From a virus: a stretch of 64,000 nt of DNA. Numbering within the stretch: position 1 is the first letter of the stretch; every line of letters starts with the position of its first letter. The position numbers and the translations under genes were made by a program. The notes under the pieces were generated by a model. The model ran no database searches. It saw only the letters and a program-made list of their open reading frames with translations, and was not told the DNA's origin. Shown here one piece after another: positions 1 through 8,517 of the stretch. The stretch is taken from the IMG/VR virus record IMGVR_UViG_3300020215_000051; one strand, 5' to 3'.

Positions 1-127
1 CAGTTAAGAATAAGTTAAAAACATTGCCTGCTGAACGTAGAAAAAGAATAGTTAAACGTGCAAAAGATCTTATTGCTGAAGAATTGAAACTTACTAGAAA
101 ACAACAAAAACAAATTGTGAGATAACT

Positions 128-454
128 ATGACAGATAATAATATCGATGAAGAAGATGATTTACAATCTGAAGCAGAACTTATATTAGATAACTTCACTA
201 AAAACTTAACACACATCAAAGAACAATTATCTCAATCCCCTAATTTATTACGTAGCTATATTGTTGTAGCGGATTTCTTAAATGCAGAAACAGGAGAATC
301 CTCTCACAGCATGGGCTTCTCTGGGATGGACCAATTAAGAACCTTGGGGTTGCTTGATTTAGCTAAAATGGAATATCTCAATAAATTAGTCGAAGAAGTG
401 AATGCTCCCACACCCCCTCCTTTCTTTATGCCCAGTGATCCAAAAAAACATTGA
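128..454 (+). CDS. Hypothetical acidic protein (108 aa)
   Basis: Protein-like ORF directly after the upstream small gene; no family recognised. Confidence 0.7.
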   Translation: MTDNNIDEEDDLQSEAELILDNFTKNLTHIKEQLSQSPNLLRSYIVVADFLNAETGESSHSMGFSGMDQLRTLGLLDLAKMEYLNKLVEEVNAPTPPPFFMPSDPKKH

Positions 455-462
455 TCAAAAAC

Positions 463-491
463 TTGACAAAATGAGGATGTTGTGCTATAAT
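463..491 (+). promoter_or_regulatory. Consensus sigma70 promoter with extended -10
   Basis: TTGACA (463-468), 17-nt spacer ending TGC, TATAAT (486-491). Confidence 0.9.
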
Positions 492-504
492 TATACTATA
501 GGCA

Positions 505-585
505 CAGTTTATCTCGTCTAAGGCCCCCTACCAATGATCCGAGGCTCAGACGATAAGCCCACGGGCTAGGGTTAAATAGCCCCCT
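505..585 (+). ncRNA. Structured 5' leader, possible pseudoknot
   Basis: CGTCT 515-519/AGACG 548-552, TTAT/ATAA, GGCC/GGCT, GGGCTA 563-568/TAGCCC 577-582; loop CCCTA 526-530 complementary to TAGGG 567-571. Confidence 0.4.
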
Positions 586-598
586 TCTGGGAGACTCT

Positions 599-799
599 AT
601 GGCTGATCTAATTGAGATTATAGACGAACAGAACAAGAAACGCAAGGAAAGAAGTCAAAAAATTTACAAGATTTTATATGAAGCAGCAAAAAGGATCAGA
701 GTCTTACCTGATAAGACTTATGCGGTAGAAGGAATGAAAGTCGTTGCTGCTAAACGAATCCTAGAATTAATAGAAGATTTGAAACGCCATGATCACTAA
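599..799 (+). CDS. Hypothetical protein (66 aa)
   Basis: GGAG RBS upstream; first ORF after the 463 promoter. Confidence 0.7.
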   Translation: MADLIEIIDEQNKKRKERSQKIYKILYEAAKRIRVLPDKTYAVEGMKVVAAKRILELIEDLKRHDH

Positions 800-1058
800 A
801 GTTACCTGTAGTGAGTGCAAGAAAAAGGTAGAAGTTTTCGCGACAGAAGAGATAGTCAGTTTTACCTGTTCTGTCTGTAAAACGAAGAAGCTAACAGCGG
901 ACATGGAGTATAAGGAGATAGAAGGTGTGCCCCTCTATGACAGAGGTGAAGCATGGAGAGCAGTGAATTATATGAAGATGAATAAAAAAACGGAATATAA
1001 AAAAACCATGACGTTTATGCCAGGAATGAAGAAAAAAGGAATTCAATACGATAAATAA
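789..1058 (+). CDS. Zinc-ribbon protein (89 aa)
   Basis: CSEC...CSVC Cys pairs; overlaps the previous stop. Confidence 0.65.
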   Translation: MITKVTCSECKKKVEVFATEEIVSFTCSVCKTKKLTADMEYKEIEGVPLYDRGEAWRAVNYMKMNKKTEYKKTMTFMPGMKKKGIQYDK

Positions 1059-1084
1059 AGCACCCGTTAAGAGGTGTAATTGTA

Positions 1085-1106
1085 GGGGAGCACTCTCCCC
1101 TTTTTT
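1085..1106 (+). terminator. Rho-independent terminator
   Basis: GGGGAG-CACT-CTCCCC followed by TTTTTT. Confidence 0.8.
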
Positions 1107-1830
1107 ATTAAGTAACCTGCTCTGCTTTCAGCATCAGGCATTCGAGACTGTACAAAGGCCCGCCCAGTACAGCAAAAATAACCTCCCACGCTGGTAAGTT
1201 TATTACATAAAGATGGTGTCAACGATGTGATGGCACACAGCGGACCAGGGGAATTAAAGAACGACGATACTTGACGATGTGTTGTGAGCGTCCGAGTCAA
1301 AGCGAAAGCTGAGATAGGTCATCGGGCTGTATGCAAAGCTCTCCAGGGAAAATAGTTCTTTAACGGAGTTCCGGCTCTTGGGTAAACCGGTTTTACTAAC
1401 TTATCTACCATGTGTAGAAAAAGCATCCGGAATTGTGAAAGCAATTCCAGCCAAATTTCTTCTCCCGAAGAAACCAGGTGTCACATACCAGCCCAATTGG
1501 AAGCTAGCGGAAAAGACCGCAGATAAACAGACGATGCTTCCTACGGCTAGAAAGAGAATCGAACAGGTCTGTAGGATTCTTTTGAAGTTGTGACCAGCCT
1601 ACGTGGGTAACTGTAGGAGCTATTAACGCAGCTAAGTGAACCAGTGTCACATGAGGCTCATAATCTCAAAAGGACGTGCAACTCGTCAAGCTGCTACCAA
1701 ATTCTCTCCACCCGATCTCACACGGGGACAGTGTATGGACTGTTTAGGAGTGTAAGCGACACCTGCTTCTTTCGTAGCAACTACGTCCCAAGTGGTGTGA
1801 CCAGGCAGAGAGTTGCCTTTCTATTCATAA
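1107..1830 (+). ncRNA. Candidate large, highly structured non-coding RNA (~720 nt; second copy 48775-49498); boundaries approximate
   Basis: No credible RBS-led ORF; many local and long-range helices, e.g. TTAAAGAAC 1254-1262/GTTCTTTAA 1355-1363, AAGCATC 1421-1427/GATGCTT 1533-1539, GGAATTGT-GAAA-GCAATTCC 1429-1448, GGACGT 1672-1677/ACGTCC 1783-1788, GCAACTC 1678-1684/GAGTTGC 1810-1816. Confidence 0.8.
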
Positions 1831-1853
1831 CTATAATTATAAACGAGAAGTAA

Positions 1854-2183
1854 ATGAAACTTTTAATTAATGGCATCGACGTCAATGGTCGAGATATTGG
1901 TTTAAGAGCACATAGCGACACTATCAATCAAAAATCTCTAGCGGCAAATACAGCAGAACGAGACACCATCCCAACAGGCGCTAAAAGAGTTGTTATTTCA
2001 GCTACTGCTAATGTTTGGGTGTTGCTTGGTAGTAGTGGTGTAACCGCCGCTAACACAGGTGATGTTTCAGACGGCTCTGCGTCTGAATTAAATCCTTCTG
2101 GTTACTTATTAGATGGTTCTGCTACACATATTTCTGTGATCAGTGATGCGACCTGTCTTGTAACACTATCATATTATGCATAG
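1854..2183 (+). CDS. Putative small virion protein (109 aa)
   Basis: Ala/Thr/Ser/Val-rich beta-type composition; first gene of the + strand structural run. Confidence 0.55.
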   Translation: MKLLINGIDVNGRDIGLRAHSDTINQKSLAANTAERDTIPTGAKRVVISATANVWVLLGSSGVTAANTGDVSDGSASELNPSGYLLDGSATHISVISDATCLVTLSYYA

Positions 2184-2189
2184 GACTAG

Positions 2190-3605
2190 TTGATGAGTAA
2201 TATTGAGAACTACTCAAATCAGCCTATTCCTACAATCTCCTCGCTAGGTGTTCAGGCTTCGGATACTGATTTAGATGCGCTTGCAGGCTTGTCTACAACC
2301 GGTATCGTTGTACGTACCGGTTCAGGCACAGCAACCACGCGCACTATTACCGGTACAGCTGCTGAAATCACCGTTACAAATGGTGATGGTGTTTCTGCTG
2401 CTCCTAGTTTAAGTTTGCCTGCCGCTTTAACTTTTTCAGGAAAAACAATTACAGGTGGTACGTTTGCTAGTCCAGCTTTAACAACTCCTACAATAGGTGT
2501 TGCTACTGCTACGAGTATTAATGGTTTAACGATTACCTCTAGTACTGGTACCTTAACTATTACCAATGGCAAAACACTTTCCGTTAGTAATACTTTAACA
2601 TTTACGGGGACAGATTCATCCTCAGTCGCATTTGGAGCTGGTGGTACAGTTGCTTATACATCTAATAAACTAGATGTGTTTGCTGCTACAACTTCTTCTG
2701 AACTAGCGGGTGTTATCTCAGACGAAACTGGATCTGGCGCTCTTGTATTTGCCACATCTCCAACGTTAGTTACTCCGCTTTTGGGTACACCAACTTCAGG
2801 AACACTAACAAATTGTACTGGCTTACCTATTAGTACCGGCGTTAGTGGTTTAGGTACAGATGTAGCTACGTTCCTAGCTACACCATCTAGCGCTAATTTA
2901 AAAACAGCAGTAACAGACGAAACAGGAAGTGGTGCTCTCGTCTTTGCTAATACTCCAACCTTGGTCACTCCTTTATTAGGAACACCAACGTCGGGAACCC
3001 TCACTAATTGCACGGGTTTGCCTATTAGCACAGGAGTGTCAGGATTAGGAACAGGAGTTGCTACATTTCTAGCGACACCCTCTTCCGCTAATTTAGCATC
3101 AGCGGTTACGGATGAAACGGGTAGTGGTGCTCTGGTTTTTGCTACCTCGCCAACATTAACAACACCAAATATTGGTGTTGCTACCGGCACTTCATTTAAT
3201 AGCTTAACAGGCGCGGCTGCGCAAAGCGATCAAGAAACTGCAACATCAACAACTACAGTAGTCACTCCAGGAAGACAACATTATCACCCTAGTGCAGCAA
3301 AAGCATGGGTTCGATTTGTTACTACGACATCAACATCTAACCAAGGCAGCTACAACATTAGCTCATTAACTGATAACGGCACTGGGGACACTACTATTAA
3401 TTTTACAACTTCATTTTCTGCCACAAATAATTATGCAATGGCAGGTATGTGTCAGGCTAGTGTTAGCAATCGGTCATTTATGTCCACTTCAATCTCGTAT
3501 GGAGCTAGTGCGTCTTCTTATCGAGTAGTTACGATACGAGAGGATACAGGTGCTTTAACTGACGCTGAAACTAATGGCGCAATATTCTTTGGAGATCATG
3601 CCTAA
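2190..3605 (+). CDS. Tail fibre protein 1 (471 aa)
   Basis: Thr/Gly/Ser-rich with tandem LGTPTSGTLTNCTGLPISTGVSGLG...TDETGSGALVFA repeats; C-terminal domain paralogous to fibre 2. Confidence 0.8.
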   Translation: MMSNIENYSNQPIPTISSLGVQASDTDLDALAGLSTTGIVVRTGSGTATTRTITGTAAEITVTNGDGVSAAPSLSLPAALTFSGKTITGGTFASPALTTPTIGVATATSINGLTITSSTGTLTITNGKTLSVSNTLTFTGTDSSSVAFGAGGTVAYTSNKLDVFAATTSSELAGVISDETGSGALVFATSPTLVTPLLGTPTSGTLTNCTGLPISTGVSGLGTDVATFLATPSSANLKTAVTDETGSGALVFANTPTLVTPLLGTPTSGTLTNCTGLPISTGVSGLGTGVATFLATPSSANLASAVTDETGSGALVFATSPTLTTPNIGVATGTSFNSLTGAAAQSDQETATSTTTVVTPGRQHYHPSAAKAWVRFVTTTSTSNQGSYNISSLTDNGTGDTTINFTTSFSATNNYAMAGMCQASVSNRSFMSTSISYGASASSYRVVTIREDTGALTDAETNGAIFFGDHA

Positions 3606-3608
3606 TGA
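3579..3608 (+). repeat. 30-bp direct repeat at the 3' ends of both tail fibre genes (second copy 5578-5607)
   Basis: GCAATATTCTTTGGAGATCATGCCTAATGA at both positions; includes RBS, stop and next ATG. Confidence 0.9.
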
Positions 3609-4216
3609 TCTTATTTTCATTAAGATTTATAAGATGGTTATTAACATGGTTATTAATTCTTTTACCTCTCCAATTAATAGGTGCAGTTTTATTATTACTA
3701 TATTTACCTGTCCACAGAGCTTTAGTGCGTCGAGGATTATCTCAAAGCATAAAATTACCTTTCTTACTACGTTGGTTTGATAATGCAGATTTATATGTTG
3801 GTAGAGATACCTCTGTTTATTTAAGCAAATTCGGCGACGCCTTTTGGACACACTATACCTGGTTAGCTTTTCGTAATCCTTTAAATTATTTTGGTTATGT
3901 TGTCTTAGGATTTGTAGCAGGAGACAGAGTGCTTACTACGTTTTCTAAATTTCCATCTATAAACCTAAGAGCAGATCAAGAACATTGCGAAATAGGTGAC
4001 GGTAGTGATGATGTACCTGGTTTGTTTACCGCTGAATTAGAAAATAATGATAAGACCTACTTCGAATATTATTACATAAAAAAATATAATTTCTTTGGCA
4101 CTACAAAATGTATACGTGTTCGTATCGGCCATAAAATAGGTTCGAATACTAAGCCAGGACAACATTGCCAATGGGTTTTCGTTATTTCTCCATTTCATTC
4201 ATATGACGGTATTTAA
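3605..4216 (+). CDS. Phage membrane protein (203 aa)
   Basis: N-terminal hydrophobic helix; WFDNAD and WLAFRNP motifs; coupled to the fibre 1 stop (TAATG). Confidence 0.65.
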   Translation: MILFSLRFIRWLLTWLLILLPLQLIGAVLLLLYLPVHRALVRRGLSQSIKLPFLLRWFDNADLYVGRDTSVYLSKFGDAFWTHYTWLAFRNPLNYFGYVVLGFVAGDRVLTTFSKFPSINLRADQEHCEIGDGSDDVPGLFTAELENNDKTYFEYYYIKKYNFFGTTKCIRVRIGHKIGSNTKPGQHCQWVFVISPFHSYDGI

Positions 4217-4597
4217 TTGATGTTTGATCCTGTAACAATCTTGACTGCTTTTATTCCTACAATTCAATACGTAGCAGGAAGAATTGTAGATAAATATACA
4301 GGCGGCCCCGCGCCGTCTAATGCACAAGAAGCCATTCAGTTGATGAATGCCGAAACTGAAAAATTAAAAGCATTATCCGATTTAGATAATGCTGACGGTG
4401 CTGCTCAATGGGTGCAAACAATTAAAGGATTACAGCGTCCTTTTGCGGTTGTACTTATCCTTTCTGCTTGGTATTTCGTAGCACTACGTACAGGCATCCA
4501 ACTACAAGATTTAGAAAATTTAGCGTCGGCAGTTATTTTTTATTTATTCGGACAACGCACACAAATGATTCTTCATACTAATAAGAGAGTTAAGTAA
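4217..4597 (+). CDS. Putative holin (GTA 3-TM holin-like)
   Basis: QWV..IKGLQRP motif followed by hydrophobic segments ending YLFGQR. Confidence 0.6.
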   Translation: MMFDPVTILTAFIPTIQYVAGRIVDKYTGGPAPSNAQEAIQLMNAETEKLKALSDLDNADGAAQWVQTIKGLQRPFAVVLILSAWYFVALRTGIQLQDLENLASAVIFYLFGQRTQMILHTNKRVK

Positions 4598-5604
4598 TGG
4601 CTCGTTTTACACCTCAAAACGTAGGGTCAGGTTTTCAATCTACAACAACAATTAATGAAAACTTTACAAATATTGAGACAGCAATCAATAATACGCTTTC
4701 TCGTTCAGGAGATTCCCCTAATTCAATGTCTGCTAATCTAGACATGAATTCAAACCGTATTATTAATTTAGCAGCGCCCCAAAATGATAACGATGCCGCT
4801 CGCTGGGTAGACATAACAGATTCAGTTGAATTGACTGGTACCGCAGTCCCCTCTCTTACAGGTAATGCAAGTAAAGTTTTAACTGTTAATGTGGCTGAAA
4901 CAGGTATCGCTTGGACAACGCCAGGCCAAGTATTTACAGCACCTACTCTAGGCACACCTATCTCAGGCACCCTAACAAACTGTACAGGGCTTCCTATCAG
5001 TACTGGCATAAGTGGTTTAGCCAGTGGTATGGCTACGTTCTTAGCCACTCCTTCAAGTGCAAATTTACGTTCCACTATTACAGACGAGACAGGTACGGGC
5101 TCGTTAGTGTTTGCAACTTCTCCCACACTAACAACCCCTACATTAACTTCTCCTACATTAACAACACCGAGTATAGGTGTTGCAACAGGAACATCTTTTA
5201 ATGGTCTAACTGGAGCAGCAACCCAGGCAGAACAAGAAACAGCAAGTTCTACCACGGTAATAGTAACACCGGGACGACAGCAGTATCATCCCAGCGCTGC
5301 AAAAGCATGGCTTCGATATGCTACTACTGGTTCCACTACGATTACTCTAAGTTATGGCATTTCGTCACTAACTGATAATGGTACGGGTGACACTACAGTT
5401 ACGTTTTCTACTGCTTTTAGTACGACCGCTTTTTCCGCTGCTGCATTATGTCAGCAATCAGCTAGTAATCGAACATACGCCACTATTAGTGGTTCCTATG
5501 CTGCAAGCACAACTACTTTGCGCATTGATACGTTTAATGAAAGCGCGGGCGCCCTTGCCGACTGTGAAATCGTTAATGCAATATTCTTTGGAGATCATGC
5601 CTAA
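4597..5604 (+). CDS. Tail fibre protein 2 (335 aa)
   Basis: N-terminal tail-attachment-like segment (INENFTNIE...LDMNSNRIINLAAP..DNDAA); one fibre repeat; C-terminal domain shared with fibre 1. Confidence 0.8.
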   Translation: MARFTPQNVGSGFQSTTTINENFTNIETAINNTLSRSGDSPNSMSANLDMNSNRIINLAAPQNDNDAARWVDITDSVELTGTAVPSLTGNASKVLTVNVAETGIAWTTPGQVFTAPTLGTPISGTLTNCTGLPISTGISGLASGMATFLATPSSANLRSTITDETGTGSLVFATSPTLTTPTLTSPTLTTPSIGVATGTSFNGLTGAATQAEQETASSTTVIVTPGRQQYHPSAAKAWLRYATTGSTTITLSYGISSLTDNGTGDTTVTFSTAFSTTAFSAAALCQQSASNRTYATISGSYAASTTTLRIDTFNESAGALADCEIVNAIFFGDHA

Positions 5605-6281
5605 TGAATAAAGTTGTTGTAATTAAAAAAGAAGACGGGGGTTGTTCTATTTTAAACCCCGCACCCGAAATGTTTGATGTTAATTCTAGGACAAGGCAAC
5701 TATTAACATCGACTGGGGTATTAGTAGATGAAGAGAATAAACCAATATCTGATGAATCTATAATATTCGATTGGATTGTTGAAAAAGATGTGCCTTCTTA
5801 TCGCTCATTAATGCTTTCCGGAGAGTCGGATGAAGAGGCCCAAATAAGATTAAATATTCAAAATTTAGATTCTAAGCTGCCCCATAGAATAACGAATACT
5901 GATAACCTACCAGTTGATCGATATTTTAGAAATGCTTGGACGGATGATAATCCAACTGAAACTGTGGATGTACATGTTGAAAAAGCGCAAGCAATACAAA
6001 AGAATAAGTTGCGCCAGTTACGGGAACCTCTCTTAGCTAAACTAGATGTAGAGTATCAACGTGCAGATGAAGCTGGCGACACTACCAAAAAACAAGAAAT
6101 AGCAAAACTAAAACAAGAATTACGAGATGTGCCTGATTTAGAATTTCCTAATGAGTTAGAAGAATTAAAGAACTTCGTCCCAGATGTATTATTAAATTTA
6201 TCTTCCCCTGTCACAGAAGCTTCTTCCACAGTGAGCACTTGGCAACAATTATTAACCAAAATCCGTAATATTTTTTCGTGA
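5604..6281 (+). CDS. Putative tail fibre assembly/chaperone-like protein
   Basis: Follows fibre 2; C-terminal KLRQLREPLLAKLDV...KQELRDVP helix typical of Tfa-like proteins. Confidence 0.55.
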   Translation: MNKVVVIKKEDGGCSILNPAPEMFDVNSRTRQLLTSTGVLVDEENKPISDESIIFDWIVEKDVPSYRSLMLSGESDEEAQIRLNIQNLDSKLPHRITNTDNLPVDRYFRNAWTDDNPTETVDVHVEKAQAIQKNKLRQLREPLLAKLDVEYQRADEAGDTTKKQEIAKLKQELRDVPDLEFPNELEELKNFVPDVLLNLSSPVTEASSTVSTWQQLLTKIRNIFS

Positions 6282-6754
6282 AAATTATGAATAAAGAATT
6301 AATGAAAGATAGTATGGGGCGGTTTCGAACTAAATCCTTATTTAAAGAACTTAGTGAGACTCCTGCTATTCCTACTGTTTACACAATCGAAGAGGCTTAT
6401 CAACTCTATATGAGCCATCAAACCGAATATGATGCTGCAATGGCTTTAGTAGGTTCCTGGCAGCATTGGAAAAAGCTAATTGCTTGTAAAGAGTTTTTTG
6501 AATATTTGGAATTATGGCGAGAAGAAAAAGAAGAAAAGTTAATGTCAGAAGGAATCAAGAGCATGGTTATAGCTGCTTCGACTCCTGATAGACAAGGAAG
6601 GACAAACGTTGTAGCTGCTCGTTGGTTAGCAGAAAAAGGGTTCAAACCAAAAGATAAGAAAAAGAAAGATAAAGATAGAGACAGTTCCGCACAAGACCGC
6701 ATCTTATCCAATCTAACCAACGATCTTATTAGAGTAAAGAGAATGAAGGATTAA
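6278..6754 (+). CDS. Putative terminase small subunit
   Basis: 158 aa, helical, basic C-terminus, just upstream of TerL. Confidence 0.5.
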   Translation: MKIMNKELMKDSMGRFRTKSLFKELSETPAIPTVYTIEEAYQLYMSHQTEYDAAMALVGSWQHWKKLIACKEFFEYLELWREEKEEKLMSEGIKSMVIAASTPDRQGRTNVVAARWLAEKGFKPKDKKKKDKDRDSSAQDRILSNLTNDLIRVKRMKD

Positions 6755-6758
6755 TAAG

Positions 6759-7001
6759 ATGTCACCAGAAACAATATTAAATTTACTTGTTGCAGGCGCT
6801 GTTAGTTATTTATGGTGGAAGATCCGTCACATGGAAACCAAATTAGAAAACACTTATTCGAAACTTGAAGTACGACAGCTAATCGAAGATTTAGTCCATC
6901 CTGTTAATGTTGAATTACGTAACATGAAAGACAGCGTGGGCAAATTAGATCATAAACTAGATCGTTTAATCGATTTAATCTCCAGGTCAAATGACAAATA
7001 A
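6759..7001 (+). CDS. Small single-TM coiled-coil protein, possibly a lysis component
   Basis: N-terminal TM helix (LLVAGAVSYLWW) followed by heptad-like tail. Confidence 0.5.
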   Translation: MSPETILNLLVAGAVSYLWWKIRHMETKLENTYSKLEVRQLIEDLVHPVNVELRNMKDSVGKLDHKLDRLIDLISRSNDK

Positions 7002-8517
7002 ACGTAAAACTCAATTAGATGAATTGCGAGAATTGTGTGAAAGTGATTTATATACTTTCGCTTCTTATATCAATCCTCAATATGTATATGGGGATGTCCA
7101 CAGAGACCTCGCTCAATTCTTAATGCAAGATGACGATGACCAATTAGTTTTGCTACCACGAGGCCATTTAAAATCACACTGGATGGCAATGGATTGTGCT
7201 TGGCGAATCACACGAAATCCAGAAATAACGATTGGGTATTGTTCAGCTACAGAACAACTTGCATTGGAGCAATTATCAGTAATCAAGAACGTTTTGGAGT
7301 CAGAACGTTATCGATTATTGTGGCCCGATATGACTAACCCCGATGTGGGTAAAAGAGAAAGATGGGCATCGGCTTCTATAAAAGTCGATCATCCTATCCG
7401 AAAAGCAGAGGCCGTGCGTGACGCTACTGTACATGCCTTTGGCATCAACGGCAATACGACAGGATTACATTTCGACCGCATGTATTTTGATGACGTCGTA
7501 GTAGAAGACAACGTAGCGACGGAAGATTTAAGAAGTAAGACGGCTGCCTCACATTCTCAATTGTCCGCTTCAGTATTAAATGTTGGAGGAAAGACAAAAA
7601 CTTCTGGAACGATTTGGCACCCTAAAGATTTATATAGCGTAATGCTTGGCACAGTAGTTGAAACAGACGAAGGACAGAAATCGATTTATAAAGTCTTTCG
7701 TAGAACTGTGGAAGAACATGGTAGTTTTCTTTGGCCCCGCACTGAAAGAAATGACGGTAAGAAATTCGGCATGGATGATCAACAGCTTGCTAAGATCAAA
7801 GCCAAATATATATCAAATAGCCAACTACCCCAGTTTTTCATGCAATATTACAACGATCCTAACTCTGCTGAAACTGCGCGCTTTGATCGATCTAGGTTCC
7901 AATATTATGACAGACGATACATCCATGTAGCCGACGGTTCTGTATTTTTTAAGCAAGAAAAGTTGAATGTGTTTGCTGCTATTGACTTTGCGTACTCTCT
8001 TAATAAAAAGGCGGATTACACGGCAATTGTTGTTATCGGAATGGATTCAAATAAGTTTATTTATGTTTTAGATATAGACCGATTTAAGACAAAAAACCCA
8101 GAAGATTATTTCCATCGTGTGTTTTCTCTTCATGAGAAGTGGCACTTAAAACGCCTCCGAGTAGAAGTCACATCGGCACAGGTAATTATCTGTCAGTATT
8201 TAAAAGACCGCATTAGAGAGTTGGGTTTAAATCTCAGTATTGACGAGCATCGCCCTACTCGTCATCACGGAACGAAAGAAGAACGAATCATAGCAACACT
8301 CGATCCTTTATATCAAAACGGATCAGTTTGGCATTACAACGGCGGGTTAATTCATTTATTAGAAGAAGAGCTTCTTTTAGATAACCCCCAACATGATGAT
8401 ATTAAAGATGCTTTTGCTTCCGCTATTGAAGTAGCAAGAGCGCCCAAGAAAAACGGTATTGTGATAGACAAAATGAAAAAATTTAATTTTAGTTCTAGAT
8501 TTGGAGGCATCCGCTAA
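6991..8517 (+). CDS. terL: Terminase large subunit
   Basis: Walker A-like LPRGHLKS, Walker B YFDD, nuclease motifs IDFAYS and HDDIKDAFA. Confidence 0.92.
   Translation: MTNKRKTQLDELRELCESDLYTFASYINPQYVYGDVHRDLAQFLMQDDDDQLVLLPRGHLKSHWMAMDCAWRITRNPEITIGYCSATEQLALEQLSVIKNVLESERYRLLWPDMTNPDVGKRERWASASIKVDHPIRKAEAVRDATVHAFGINGNTTGLHFDRMYFDDVVVEDNVATEDLRSKTAASHSQLSASVLNVGGKTKTSGTIWHPKDLYSVMLGTVVETDEGQKSIYKVFRRTVEEHGSFLWPRTERNDGKKFGMDDQQLAKIKAKYISNSQLPQFFMQYYNDPNSAETARFDRSRFQYYDRRYIHVADGSVFFKQEKLNVFAAIDFAYSLNKKADYTAIVVIGMDSNKFIYVLDIDRFKTKNPEDYFHRVFSLHEKWHLKRLRVEVTSAQVIICQYLKDRIRELGLNLSIDEHRPTRHHGTKEERIIATLDPLYQNGSVWHYNGGLIHLLEEELLLDNPQHDDIKDAFASAIEVARAPKKNGIVIDKMKKFNFSSRFGGIR

Noticed and set aside
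557-585. Pistol ribozyme (GTTAAATAG motif)
   Set aside because: The P1-loop pseudoknot, UUAAG linker and GCGU/P3 elements could not be placed in the required order.
1107-1830. Group I or II intron, RNase P or tmRNA identity for the large RNA
   Set aside because: GAGACTG/GATAGGTC does not form a proper P7; no GUGCG 5' end or domain V; no RNase P GAGGAAAGUC; no tRNA-like ends; not inside a gene.
1067-1853. ORFs 1067-1300 (-), 1378-1593 (+), 1644-1853 (+)
   Set aside because: No convincing RBS, atypical composition, and they lie in the densely paired RNA candidate; treated as incidental.
2700-3200. CRISPR-like periodic repeats
   Set aside because: In-frame protein repeats of the fibre with synonymous divergence; no spacers, no cas genes.
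2190-5607. Diversity-generating retroelement acting on tail fibres
   Set aside because: No reverse transcriptase ORF and no TR/VR pair with adenine-specific differences.
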